Positions 30,393 to 40,693 of a stretch of DNA of 64,000 bases are shown piece after piece. Source of the stretch: a bacterium (GTDB lineage: Bacteria > Patescibacteriota > Microgenomatia > JAMCZE01); assembly GCA_021836035.1 (NCBI GenBank), contig JAKBJL010000003.1, positions 132,135 to 196,134 of the forward strand, given 5' to 3'. The first letter of the stretch is position 1; the number at the start of each line of letters is the position of its first letter. Both the position numbers and the translations under genes were made by a program. Below the pieces are notes generated by a model. It worked only from the letters and a program-made list of their open reading frames with translations. It ran no database searches and was not told the origin of the DNA.

Positions 30393-31172
30393 ATGGGTGC
30401 TTTGACAGTAGCTTCACTAAACACTTTTGGAGGAGTGGTTGATATTTACAATTTGGCCCTTCGTTATAAAGCCATTGCTGATTACTTTAACTCTTCTACG
30501 GTGGATGTTATTCAGTTCCAAGAGGTTTTTACCTATTTGCATTTAGCATTATTTAAATATTTTTTGTCGGGGTATCAATATTGTCAGTTTCAAGCATCAT
30601 ATATGGGGCCGAAGGGTGGGCTAGTAACATTTTCTCGACACCAATTGATAAAACACCGTCATATTAACTACTCCCGTCACTTTGTCCCTTATTTAGGAAA
30701 GTCCATAATTGAGCTTTTTACCCAACGAGGGTTGTTGATAACTGAAATTAAGGGTTTTAGTGTGGCCTTAATTAACACCCATTTGACGGCGGTTCTTAAC
30801 GCCGATTGGAGCCAAAAAAGTAAATATTACAAAGAGCTAAGTTCTGAAATTAACGAATTTCACCAGTTGGTTAACGATGAGTCACTTAATAAAATCGGAA
30901 TTGCGACCGGGGACTTTAATACTGCCAAGGGTAGTGATTTATTTTGGCAGTTGATAAGTTGTCCAAGGCTAAATGATCCGTTCGAAAAAGATGAGCTTCC
31001 TACCCGGCATCAATGTTTTGCTGCCCTTGGTCGTAAAACCAATTGTGTTGATTATATTTTTGTTTTTGGTGATAAATCGCTGTACAAAGTTAAAGAAAAT
31101 AAGCGTATTTTTACGGAAAGGCCTTATGCTTCTGACCACATTGGACTTCAAATTTCTTTAACTCTTTCCTGA
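30393..31172 (+). CDS. Endonuclease/exonuclease/phosphatase (EEP, sphingomyelinase-like) protein
   Basis: SLNT, DVIQFQEV, INTHL, GDFN, VDYIF, SDHIG. Confidence 0.88.
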   Translation: MGALTVASLNTFGGVVDIYNLALRYKAIADYFNSSTVDVIQFQEVFTYLHLALFKYFLSGYQYCQFQASYMGPKGGLVTFSRHQLIKHRHINYSRHFVPYLGKSIIELFTQRGLLITEIKGFSVALINTHLTAVLNADWSQKSKYYKELSSEINEFHQLVNDESLNKIGIATGDFNTAKGSDLFWQLISCPRLNDPFEKDELPTRHQCFAALGRKTNCVDYIFVFGDKSLYKVKENKRIFTERPYASDHIGLQISLTLS

Positions 31173-31948
31173 GCTTGTTCGTATAACAAATAATCTTTTT
31201 CGTGAAACTGTTGAAACCGTCGTAGGAAATCGTGTTCATATGTTGGGGAAGATTGACGAAATTGTGGGGTGCGGTTTAGCCACTTAACTTGGTGTCGACC
31301 CATCTCTTTTCTCGAAACAAAACCGCTATTTTGCAGACAGCGGATCAATTTTTGAGCAAAGGCGTCGAGTTCGTTTGTGACTCCAACCACAGCAAAAGCA
31401 TGGAGGTCTTTTCCGCCTAATGCTTGGGTTTGATAATTTTGAAGTTGGGGCAATAAAGCGTAATCTTCAAAAGTTAATGCCGAATCGAACGGTATTCTTA
31501 CCCGCCATTCAGTGATACCTTTTGTTCTTTGCCAATGAGTATATTGCGATTCCATTCTTTCTAAAGGGTCACGGATGACAACGGCAGAGATAGGGTTGGT
31601 AATCAGTTGGTCAAAGCGATTTGCAGCAAAATGGCCGTGAATTGCGGCGAAATTGTCGGGTAAATTTGTGACCTGGATAACTTTAGGTTTTAGTACCCCA
31701 TCGATAAGTACTTGGTAAGCTTTATTTATAAGGGGAGCAAGGGGGGTGTTAGCAATTCTTAACCGGAGAGCATCGTGCACCCGATTTGTTCGTTGAACTT
31801 TAAGATCGGCGGACCTAGTTAATGTATCCCGAATAGGGTCGTATATGAGTACTCTGTTTTTTCCTAAAACCGACTCTAACAAATCTTGGATTGATGTCCC
31901 GGCAGTTTTTTCAATATGGACGCTTAATACGCGACTTTCAACTGGCAT
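31148..31948 (-). CDS. Sulfotransferase-family protein
   Basis: HIEKTAGTS (5'-PSB loop), IHGHF, IRDPLERMESQY (3'-PB motif), D..LYE.A. Confidence 0.82.
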   Translation of the reverse strand: MPVESRVLSVHIEKTAGTSIQDLLESVLGKNRVLIYDPIRDTLTRSADLKVQRTNRVHDALRLRIANTPLAPLINKAYQVLIDGVLKPKVIQVTNLPDNFAAIHGHFAANRFDQLITNPISAVVIRDPLERMESQYTHWQRTKGITEWRVRIPFDSALTFEDYALLPQLQNYQTQALGGKDLHAFAVVGVTNELDAFAQKLIRCLQNSGFVSRKEMGRHQVKWLNRTPQFRQSSPTYEHDFLRRFQQFHEKDYLLYEQAQERVKEI

Positions 31949-31981
31949 ATAAATATCCTATAATATGAATTATATATCAAT

Positions 31982-32650
31982 ATGCCTGAGAATCAAAATG
32001 ATAAGTACCTTTGTTTACCACGAAGAAGCCCTCAAGAATGGCTAAGGGGAAAATTCCATGTAGATACAGAAAATATTCCCCGGCTTGTTTATCCTTTGGC
32101 TAAATTTATCCACGAAGAAAAACCGGATTATGTTTTAGCCATCGACTCCGGTGCACGAATTACTGGTCTTGCGTTATTTGCTTTTTACCACGAACTATAT
32201 GGAGAGTTACCTACAAAAGACCACCGGATTCACTTTCGTAAGATTTCCCATAGTTTTCCGGCGGAGGTGGTAAGGCGTCAACTGAAACCAGATATTTGCG
32301 AAGTAATGTCTTCAAGTGAATCACCGTTGTTATTTGTTGTTGATGATTGCGTCAATACAGGAACAACAACGCTGATGTTGCGATTATTAGTTTCTGAATT
32401 ATCTGAGGGAAAAGTCCGGCTTAAAATTGGAGTAATGCGAGAGTTTTTGGCCGGAGTAACAGATGTAAGGGGTGATACTTTTAGTCTTGCCAGAGCCACA
32501 TGGCGAAACAACTCGCAATTGATTGGAGTGGAATATACTGACAAGATTATCCCGCATGTTATGCGAACAGCCGAGGCCGCCAATTTAAGAAGAGAAATAT
32601 TTACCAATGTCAGAGGCTTTGCGTCCAAAATAAAAAGCAGGCAAATATGA
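31982..32650 (+). CDS. Phosphoribosyltransferase-fold protein
   Basis: VLAIDSGAR and LFVVDDCVNTGTT (PRPP-binding loop). Confidence 0.7.
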   Translation: MPENQNDKYLCLPRRSPQEWLRGKFHVDTENIPRLVYPLAKFIHEEKPDYVLAIDSGARITGLALFAFYHELYGELPTKDHRIHFRKISHSFPAEVVRRQLKPDICEVMSSSESPLLFVVDDCVNTGTTTLMLRLLVSELSEGKVRLKIGVMREFLAGVTDVRGDTFSLARATWRNNSQLIGVEYTDKIIPHVMRTAEAANLRREIFTNVRGFASKIKSRQI

Positions 32651-34743
32651 AGAATGAAATTATAAATTATCGGGGATGTATCCACCCACTTGTGCCGGAT
32701 GTACTTAATGTTTGTCATGAGCAATTAACTGAAGCCCGGCTAAGAAACGGAGTTATTTTTGGTAAGGATCAAGGAATAGAATTACCAGTAAACGCTTTAA
32801 TTAGTGAAATAATAAAATTGCAGGAAGCCTATGATAGTCGATTAGCGTTAGCCATTATAGATCGGAGACTGCCAGCTGAATCAGTACCGCTTTTAAGACA
32901 AACTGCTAAAGTCTTAGAAAATAATAAAGCAGTAGTTGTTAACAAGTTTGCGTCTGGATGGCTAGAGAACGGCTGTGGTGATCAAGCCACACAATTAACA
33001 GCACACAGGCTACTTCACCTACTTTCTTTATCCGATACTCCACATTTGTTGGACAAATATAGTCTGGAAGTATCACCCACTCAGGGAATCTTTATTGTAC
33101 CGTCTGAAACTGATGGAATCTTGAAAGAAACATTGGCCCTTTTGCCGTTTGCAAAAAATGTTGTTGGTTTTCAAGTTAGACAAAACGGATCTGACAGGAT
33201 AGTAACTTTATTTGTAAACGCCGATGGTAAAAATTTAACTAGGACTGAAATTAAGGTCGATGGAAAAGACAAAGCGGCCATGGCTAAAAATAAAAAAACC
33301 AAAAGAATATTGATAGCTGTGGAGGGTGATATTGCCGGACATGCCGTGAGGGCATTAGAAACAGCTAGGGGTTTAAGAAGACTGGACTATGAACCGACAA
33401 TCGTTGGTAGCGGTTATTATGCCCGACCGTTTGTTGAAGAAGGTTTCAATTGTCTGCCACCGTTTAATACCGAGCAAACAGCTGAACGGGATCGTATTAT
33501 TACCCAGGCTAGAGGAGAAGGTAAAGGATTATTTTTCTGGGATTTTGATACTGTCAAAAAGCGCGTAGAAGGTTTCAAAACATCACTAAGGGGTTATGTT
33601 CAATCCGGTGTAGATCTTTTTCTTTGTGATATGAACCCAATTGTGGACATAGCCGTTAGTCATCTTCAAAAAGAAACAGGTAGAACTTTTCCAAAATTAA
33701 CCGAAACGCACAATATTCTTTTGTCAGCAACCAGAAGTTTACGAGCACTTAAAGTTGGCGGGATCTCGATGGGAGAATATCTTTACAAAGTCAATGGTTC
33801 AAGGGTATTAAAATTAATGGATCCAAAGGGTTTTCGTTTTGCGGCTACCCATTTTATTTTTAATGAAATTGCCGATGTGGTTATGGGTTTACCGCTTTCG
33901 GTCTATGAACGGCTTCACGGAGGCAGCGGATCGAGAATAAAATTTACTGATTACATGTACGGAAGAGACGGCACCCTACAGTTTTGTTTTAAACCAGACA
34001 GTAGGAACACAAAATCTTATCCGGTCGGCCTTCAGGCTGATAGGGGAAAAACCGATGGTTCTGATCGAGATCATTGGGAAGCAGAAATCCCAGCAGACAA
34101 AGCCTTTGTCTTAAACTCTCAAGGAAGTACATATCATAAGAAAGCTTGGGATACCGTAGTCGACGGATTAGCAGAAACTCCGACTTTATTTTCTGTTCAT
34201 GTCACAGGAATTAAAGAAGATCAGCCGTCTCCATTGGGCGGTTCAGAAGTGACCGGTTATAAAGTTGGTTATGTGGCTGGTTATAGAATGGCACAAAGAG
34301 CCGATGTTGTAATTAACCACGGCGGGTTTGGAACAATTTCTCAGTGGCTAATGGCTACAGCGGATAGAATTTGTGAAGAACGACAAATACTGGACCGGAT
34401 AGTTCAAGCTGGGTCTCCAGATGAAGTCCCCGCCTTTTTAATGTCCTGCCGCGGAATTTCCCGTTCACTTTCACTTTGCAATACTTTTGAGCAGGAAAAT
34501 AATTCCCGTTCGTTAAACGAAGTTGGTGGAGACCATGTTTGTACGGTCACAACGGCTGATGCTCTGTTGCAAACTACTGATCCAAAGGCAGAAATAAGAG
34601 AAAAAGTTGAGATGTTACTAACTGATCCGGTAGATAATCAAGAACGGGAGTTTTGGCTTGATCTGGTGAAATATGAAGCTACCATGAACGCACCGATACA
34701 CGCTGCCCTTATTTTGGAGAGGATTATGATGACAGGTAAATAA
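32647..34743 (+). CDS. GT-B glycosyltransferase (GT1/GT28-like) with N-terminal extension
   Basis: RILIAVEGDIAGHAVRALE.ARGL, SQGST, ADVVINHGGFGTI, FEQENN. Confidence 0.72.
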   Translation: MKNEIINYRGCIHPLVPDVLNVCHEQLTEARLRNGVIFGKDQGIELPVNALISEIIKLQEAYDSRLALAIIDRRLPAESVPLLRQTAKVLENNKAVVVNKFASGWLENGCGDQATQLTAHRLLHLLSLSDTPHLLDKYSLEVSPTQGIFIVPSETDGILKETLALLPFAKNVVGFQVRQNGSDRIVTLFVNADGKNLTRTEIKVDGKDKAAMAKNKKTKRILIAVEGDIAGHAVRALETARGLRRLDYEPTIVGSGYYARPFVEEGFNCLPPFNTEQTAERDRIITQARGEGKGLFFWDFDTVKKRVEGFKTSLRGYVQSGVDLFLCDMNPIVDIAVSHLQKETGRTFPKLTETHNILLSATRSLRALKVGGISMGEYLYKVNGSRVLKLMDPKGFRFAATHFIFNEIADVVMGLPLSVYERLHGGSGSRIKFTDYMYGRDGTLQFCFKPDSRNTKSYPVGLQADRGKTDGSDRDHWEAEIPADKAFVLNSQGSTYHKKAWDTVVDGLAETPTLFSVHVTGIKEDQPSPLGGSEVTGYKVGYVAGYRMAQRADVVINHGGFGTISQWLMATADRICEERQILDRIVQAGSPDEVPAFLMSCRGISRSLSLCNTFEQENNSRSLNEVGGDHVCTVTTADALLQTTDPKAEIREKVEMLLTDPVDNQEREFWLDLVKYEATMNAPIHAALILERIMMTGK

Positions 34744-34746
34744 AAT

Positions 34747-35583
34747 ATGAAACAAGCAGAAAATCTTTTCAAGCAGGTACCATATACGGGCATTCCCATG
34801 TTAGCCAGATTAGGAATGTCTTTGTTAGAGGCTCCGGGCGGAGCTATTACTTTTGGCGACCGGATACGAAATAGGGGTATCTTGTCCACTAGTGAAGCAC
34901 AGTCAATTTTATTTGAAGCAGTAGATCGGTTAGACGGAGCTCTAGCTGACAATTTAAAAAGCTCTCCCAGAATTGGGAAATATCTGGGACGGGGTTTCGA
35001 AGCCACTGTGTTTGCTTTAGACACGAAAGACGGCAAATGGGTTATGAAGATTGGTTTGCCAAAAAGTTGCGTTCCTGGGATTTATTCGCCGTCAACTGAT
35101 AAATATGCTGCTATGATGAAGTGGAATTATACTGTTCTTCAAAAAACGTTTTCCAGAGGACTACCACATATGCTACCGAACCCATACTTTGTTGTTACCC
35201 CAAGCGAATTGGGTCGAGCTACGACGGTTCAATTTCTCCCATATGTAGAAAAGATCGCAGACATGGATGTTTTAACAGCGGTTCAAAAATTGCATTTAAT
35301 TGAAGAAAGGCAAAAATTTTACGATACTTCGAAGTTGCTAATTGCAAAAAATAGAGTCATGCCGGATTTGGTCGGACCTAGAAATCTTATTTTAGGCATG
35401 GTGGAAAATGACCCGCATTATCATTTGATAGATCTTGGATTATTTCATCTCCGTGCTCCAACGCCGATACTTAATTTGCTGGTTTATTCATTCCAAAGAG
35501 CATCATTAATAAAAGATGTCAGTACATTGAAGTGTCAAGCACCCCTTTTGTTGCACACACTTTCTCTAAACAAAACGGCTTGA
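34747..35583 (+). CDS. Protein-kinase-like fold protein
   Basis: LGRGFEATVF, WVMKI, PDL.G.RNLI, LIDLG. Confidence 0.65.
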   Translation: MKQAENLFKQVPYTGIPMLARLGMSLLEAPGGAITFGDRIRNRGILSTSEAQSILFEAVDRLDGALADNLKSSPRIGKYLGRGFEATVFALDTKDGKWVMKIGLPKSCVPGIYSPSTDKYAAMMKWNYTVLQKTFSRGLPHMLPNPYFVVTPSELGRATTVQFLPYVEKIADMDVLTAVQKLHLIEERQKFYDTSKLLIAKNRVMPDLVGPRNLILGMVENDPHYHLIDLGLFHLRAPTPILNLLVYSFQRASLIKDVSTLKCQAPLLLHTLSLNKTA

Positions 35584-35594
35584 GAGTGGGAGCG

Positions 35595-35951
35595 ACAGGT
35601 AAACGGATAGAAAATTGGATTGATAATTCGGATAAGGCTCTCCAGTTTGCGGTTCAAACCCGCTACACATTCGCTAATGGCAGTATTGCAGATAAACGGG
35701 ACATATTGGCCACCATTGGATCGAACCTAATTTTGGAAGATGGAAAGTTGCATTGCAAAGCCCAAGGTCCATATTGCTTCCTGGAAGAGATTGTAAAAGT
35801 GGAGCCGACAGCTTCAGCAGAGTTCGAACCTGAGAAGCAGGGTATATCAACAGCCCAATTGGAGACTTTGTGGATTCAAAATCCATCTGTGCAGCCCTGG
35901 ATGGAAAACCTTCGAACTTTTTGTGCCCAAAACTATCTTTTTGTCGAATGA
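35595..35951 (+). pseudogene. Large serine recombinase C-terminal remnant containing an intact attP-like site
   Basis: RIENW...QFA...F.NGS..DKRDILATIGSNLILEDGKL...P...FEP...QPWMENLRTFCAQ*. Confidence 0.75.
35881..35931 (+). repeat. att-like site, family A, with symmetric arms
   Basis: atcca-tctgt-GC-agccc-tggat is an inverted repeat centred on GC 35891-2, followed by ggaaaaccttcgaac. Confidence 0.85.
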
Positions 35952-35963
35952 TATACTTATAGC

Positions 35964-37622
35964 GTGGCTGAAGGTAATCAGGAAACTTCGATACCAGAAC
36001 AACCAAAACACCAATTATCAACTCGCCGACAGTTTCTTAAACGAGCAGGCTTAGGGGTAGCAGCATTGACAGCTGTATCTGTAGGTGTAGGCGAGGCAAG
36101 GAAAGATTATTTTTCTGAAGGTGCCGATCCTGAAATCCAATCGGCATTAGAAAAACAAGGCGTTAAAGATGTCCACTTAAGAATGTACTTCGGAGATCAT
36201 TACTTCACTCAAGAAACAGCTAATAAGATGGAAGCGCAAGGCGTTACTGTCATCACTGGTGAGCTAGGTTTTACACCCGGAACTGGACGAATTGGTGGTA
36301 ACGAAACAAAAAGTGTTGCTGAAGAATTCTTTGTAAATCTTAAAAAGTTACCGAATGGGGTGACTGGTTCTGATCAAATGCGACTTCAATCACAACGAAG
36401 CGCAGAATTATTAGAACGGTTTTCTAGGGGTCGAGCAATTTTAGCTTCTGATAACGGGATTGGTGGCACGGCATTGCAGGAAGCAGCCAACGAAGTATGG
36501 GTCGGGTGGGGTTTGTTTGGTTCTCTATTGTATTTTGCGGGATTGGCTTGGAAGACAGGAATGTTAACTGATTCAAAAAACCCTATCTCTCGACGGGGTT
36601 TTCTAAAAGGAGCGGCGATTGGTGGTGGTGCCGCAATAAGCAGTTTAATTGGTGGAGCTTTATATCAAACGGCAGAAAACCGTGGCTGGATCGAACCAAC
36701 TGCCAATACCGAGGTTTCTTATATTTACTCAAGATTGTTTAATTTGGTGGCAGTTGATGTTTCGACTAAAGCTTTGGAAATTGCAGGTGATAAGCGCCTT
36801 TTACAAGCGTTCCAATCTCTAATTAACGTCAGAAATAAAGTCATGGCCTTGAATAATTGGTATTTGATCGAATCGCTAGAGAGGAGCAAAGGTTTACGGC
36901 AGGGTCTTACTGGACCAAATGAATATGTCGAAATGGGATTTTTTGCCGGAGCGGGACACTCGGCAGCTAAAGATGAATTCTGTAAGGGGCCGTCTCAACT
37001 TGGAACGGAATTAAAAGCAGAGGTTAGCAGTTGGCTTGATCAGTATGAAAAAGACATGGCAACGGCACCAGAAGATAAAAAAGAACACGTGCTCGATTAT
37101 TACCAGGGTTTAATGACGACTTTTGGACGTCCTTATTTGATCAGCCATTCGCCTATTAACCAAGAGGGAACTGGGTTAGACAACCATATTCCAAAGGTTG
37201 ATGCTCCAGCAGCCATCATGTATCGAACTTTGGTTGAAAGGATTACAGAAAGGAGATCGTCTGGACAAAACGCAGATAATTATGAGCAGTTAGTCGCGGG
37301 GCTAGTTAAAGACCAGCATTTCCCAGACGGAACTTATATTAATGTTAGCGGTAAAAATGTTTTAATCGAAGGGAAATATCACGGGGAAATGACAGCTAAA
37401 GACCCAGGAGCCCTAAGGGAAAGGTTTGTCGAATGCAATTTTATATCTCCCGATGATTTGCGGTCGATTCAAGGCGAATTATACCCGGGACTTTACACTT
37501 ACGACTATGGTGGGCCAGTGGTAGATAAAAAGGTGTCAGTTGGGATTGCTATCATCAGGGGTATGCCCGCGACGTTTTTCCAAAAAGAAGATACATCGTT
37601 TATTATAAGTAAAGCTCCCTAA
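35964..37622 (+). CDS. Hypothetical membrane protein with two twin-arginine-like motifs
   Basis: STRRQFLK plus hydrophobic segment; internal SRRGFLK plus hydrophobic segment; TGaTATACT box 6 nt before the GTG start. Confidence 0.7.
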   Translation: MAEGNQETSIPEQPKHQLSTRRQFLKRAGLGVAALTAVSVGVGEARKDYFSEGADPEIQSALEKQGVKDVHLRMYFGDHYFTQETANKMEAQGVTVITGELGFTPGTGRIGGNETKSVAEEFFVNLKKLPNGVTGSDQMRLQSQRSAELLERFSRGRAILASDNGIGGTALQEAANEVWVGWGLFGSLLYFAGLAWKTGMLTDSKNPISRRGFLKGAAIGGGAAISSLIGGALYQTAENRGWIEPTANTEVSYIYSRLFNLVAVDVSTKALEIAGDKRLLQAFQSLINVRNKVMALNNWYLIESLERSKGLRQGLTGPNEYVEMGFFAGAGHSAAKDEFCKGPSQLGTELKAEVSSWLDQYEKDMATAPEDKKEHVLDYYQGLMTTFGRPYLISHSPINQEGTGLDNHIPKVDAPAAIMYRTLVERITERRSSGQNADNYEQLVAGLVKDQHFPDGTYINVSGKNVLIEGKYHGEMTAKDPGALRERFVECNFISPDDLRSIQGELYPGLYTYDYGGPVVDKKVSVGIAIIRGMPATFFQKEDTSFIISKAP

Positions 37623-38100
37623 AACAACTTTTTATTAACCTCTTCACTTGAATAATAGGTTGTTGTTTCGCTTAGCTCTCCGATTGAGACTTAAGACAAA
37701 AGAGAAACGGAGCGTCTTGTATTGGAAGGAGATATGCAATCCCGGATGCGTGAACATTTGGCAGGTAGTGGACAACAATATGTCCGTGAGGAACTGGGGA
37801 GGATCTTCCCTGAACTCGATCCTACTTCTGACTAAGCAGAATGGAGCTCCGAACAAAAAGAGGCAATGGAATGGGCACTTGATCATGCCCAAGCGATGCT
37901 GGTTAGCGCGATTCTGAAAAGAACAGAAGGGTACAAAGCCGGTCTGGAAGCACAATTCAAAGGAAACAACGAACTCGCAGGAATGAAAGACCTAGGCTTA
38001 AACCAGAGACGAGACTTGCTTGCAGTCGATAATTTAACCCCCCTTCTTAAAACTTTTCAACCAAACCAATCCAAGTAAGCAGATTATTCAAGGAGTTCAC

Positions 38101-38868
38101 TTATGTTTTCGGGTCAGTAGCAATTAATTTACAATAACTTTCCTCCATATAAGATTGCTCTTTAATTTTCCATCCCGTTTCTTCTAGAATCTTTTTGGCC
38201 TCCGGAGGGATAGCCGGAGAGGAGGCAAACTGGCCTTCTTTTTGAAATTCAGTCGTAATCAATGCCGCCCCAGGTGTTGCTAGCCGTCTCATTTCTGTCC
38301 AAAATTTGCGAAGGACTTGTTCCGATGCCATTCCTTGATTCAAGCTGGGATTATAAGCGGCCATTGCTTGACCATCAAAAACTTCAAAGCCGTTTACTAC
38401 TAACGTGTTAATTGCTCCACTGGCAAAAGGATTTTCGTAGAAGCTTGCCACGACCTTTTCAGCTTTCTGTGTACCTTTTAACTGAGTTATATATTTATTG
38501 AAATAATCCGGATCTAACGAAGTCATTATCGTGTTTTCTTGGCCAAAAACGCTGCCTGGTAATCCGTCAAAACCCGAGGCTATATATAAAACTTTTGGGG
38601 TAACCTTTTGCTTGTCCAATTCTTGTTTTTCGCGGAGGTAGTGCTGAGCACGGAAATACTCATCCAGGAGTTCTGCGCTCTTCGAATCTAACTTTCCAAG
38701 TCGTCTTTTTTCTGCAAGTTTATGGGCTTCATCAAGAGGAATCGGTTTGGCGTGGTAATATTCAGTAAATAATTTTCCGTCACGGACAAAGTCCACAAAC
38801 TGCCTAAATTTGAATCCCCAATCTTGTCCTGTTCTTACCTCTGTCTCTGAAAGTGAACTATCAATCAT
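38101..38868 (-). CDS. Hypothetical protein, probable class I SAM-methyltransferase fold
   Basis: KVLYIASGFD, NPFASGAINTLV, EMRRLATPGAAL. Confidence 0.5.
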   Translation of the reverse strand: MIDSSLSETEVRTGQDWGFKFRQFVDFVRDGKLFTEYYHAKPIPLDEAHKLAEKRRLGKLDSKSAELLDEYFRAQHYLREKQELDKQKVTPKVLYIASGFDGLPGSVFGQENTIMTSLDPDYFNKYITQLKGTQKAEKVVASFYENPFASGAINTLVVNGFEVFDGQAMAAYNPSLNQGMASEQVLRKFWTEMRRLATPGAALITTEFQKEGQFASSPAIPPEAKKILEETGWKIKEQSYMEESYCKLIATDPKT

Positions 38869-38870
38869 TT

Positions 38871-40136
38871 TTAAATAACTCCAACGATTTTTGGTTCCGG
38901 TTGGCCGGCTAGTGGTTCGGTTTTTGGTAGATGCTCTTTAAGTTTCAATGAATACGGAAGTAGAAAAAATGCTATTAAGGGTAGAAATCCAATTAATAGA
39001 AAAGTTAATCTCAAAGAGTGATCGGCCGCAAAACCAACCATCGGATTGGCGATGGCAAAGACTAGGGTTTTCAGAGTAGAAGTCGCGGACAGAATCGTAG
39101 CTCTTTGTTCCGCGGGAATAAATTCATTCATCGTGGTATTCATAAAAGATGATCTTGTTGAGGCTAATCCACCAACCAAAATTATGGCTATAACTACCGT
39201 AACTACCGATGGATAAATTGCAATAAAAATAAGTGTGGCCGAGACAATGATTGCTGTCAGATTAACAAAGTTTTTTTCGGAACCAAAGATTCTTTCTGTA
39301 ATGTGGATATTAAAAGTTGCCGCAGTTGCGGCTAAGGAAAAGGCAGACCTAATAAATCCAAAGTAAATAATGGCTAAACCAACTTTAACTAGCATTGGTT
39401 GGTAAAGCCAAATAAGAAAATAAGCACCGATCCAGACGAGGATATCGCTAGCAATTAAATAAAGAACTGTCTTATTCTTCAGAAGTATTGAGATTCCCAT
39501 TTTGCTGGTATTTATTAAGTCGTGACGAGAAAAGACTTTTTGCGTTTTCGGTTCGTCAACCGTCAAAATGACAATTGCGGCTATAAATAAGGGAATAGCT
39601 GAGATAATCATTGGCGCGCGAAGTCCAAACTGGGCCGCAATAAGGCTACCAACCGGTGCGGCGACAATGGTTCCCAGGTTACTAAATGATGAGGATCGAG
39701 CTAATACTTTTTTGCTTTCATTATCTCGACCCGACCTTTTCAGGTAATCGTAAACTAGGGCACTACTGGCACCTACCACAAACGAAGTTCCCAGGGCCGC
39801 CAAGAATTCAGCAAAAAGGAACAGATAAAAATTGGGGATTAGGACATAAACCACACTCGAAATTGCCAGGATAAAACCCCCAAGACTAACTGAGACTTTC
39901 CTTCCCAAGTGATCGGCAAGAGCTCCTGTTGGGATATTAAGGACAAACATCCAGATCATGAGCCATGATTGAAGAAATTGCACTTGGGTCAAATTCAAGT
40001 GGCCCCATTCGGTATAAAAGGGAACTAGAACTGAGACGTAAAACATTAAGCCACTAAAAAAGGTGGCTAAATAGTAACGAAAGACGAACCCTGAGGGGTT
40101 TAATTTCTGCCAAATGTCATGCACTTTACTTCTCAT
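38871..40136 (-). CDS. MFS transporter
   Basis: About 12 TM segments; IPTGALADHLGRK, IPAEQRATILS. Confidence 0.92.
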   Translation of the reverse strand: MRSKVHDIWQKLNPSGFVFRYYLATFFSGLMFYVSVLVPFYTEWGHLNLTQVQFLQSWLMIWMFVLNIPTGALADHLGRKVSVSLGGFILAISSVVYVLIPNFYLFLFAEFLAALGTSFVVGASSALVYDYLKRSGRDNESKKVLARSSSFSNLGTIVAAPVGSLIAAQFGLRAPMIISAIPLFIAAIVILTVDEPKTQKVFSRHDLINTSKMGISILLKNKTVLYLIASDILVWIGAYFLIWLYQPMLVKVGLAIIYFGFIRSAFSLAATAATFNIHITERIFGSEKNFVNLTAIIVSATLIFIAIYPSVVTVVIAIILVGGLASTRSSFMNTTMNEFIPAEQRATILSATSTLKTLVFAIANPMVGFAADHSLRLTFLLIGFLPLIAFFLLPYSLKLKEHLPKTEPLAGQPEPKIVGVI

Positions 40137-40647
40137 TGGCTAAGTCTCGACTTATCTTATCGACGCACTCTTTAAGCGATAAACGTTCAGTGTCGAGGAT
40201 TATAGCCCCAGGGTAATCTGTCTTCTCAAGATGTTCGAAAATATCCTTGATCTTCTCATCGCCCATTGGTTTACGACACCCTTCTTTAATTCCGGGTCTA
40301 GTTCTGTCTCTCTCCTGAAGCGTCGATAGAGAGCATTTGATTTGATAGACAAGGACTTTTATACCTCTTGTCTTAGCTGATTCAACGGCCATAGGAATAA
40401 TGAATGGATCGTAGAAGATTTTTTCCATAACAACCGAAAAGTTATGATCCAGTAGGTAATTAAGTGTTGCCAAAGCGCTTTCGTCGACAAACTTCTGTTC
40501 CTCCGGAGTGACATCGGTGGAAAAGAAGTCCTTGAAATTATCAACCTTGAGCCAGACTACCCTTTTTTCAAAATTTCGTAATTCTCTGGAGATAGTTGTT
40601 TTCCCGCTTGCTGGGGCACCCCGAATAATTACTAAGAATTGTTCCAC
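40126..40647 (-). CDS. P-loop kinase (AAA_33-like)
   Basis: IIRGAPASGKTT, R...R lid motif, ILDTE.LS. Confidence 0.8.
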   Translation of the reverse strand: MEQFLVIIRGAPASGKTTISRELRNFEKRVVWLKVDNFKDFFSTDVTPEEQKFVDESALATLNYLLDHNFSVVMEKIFYDPFIIPMAVESAKTRGIKVLVYQIKCSLSTLQERDRTRPGIKEGCRKPMGDEKIKDIFEHLEKTDYPGAIILDTERLSLKECVDKISRDLANEK

Positions 40648-40693
40648 AGAATCAGTTTATCATCCGTCATCTTTCTGGTCTATAATTTAAGCT

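Noticed and set aside
35817-35835. gttcgaacc upstream of core 35891 as a second att site
   Set aside because: It encodes FEP inside the LSR remnant and lacks a GC core at the right spacing.
37644-38078. Short ORFs between the twin-arginine gene and 38101
   Set aside because: Overlapping fragments with stops; probably a decayed gene whose identity I cannot support.
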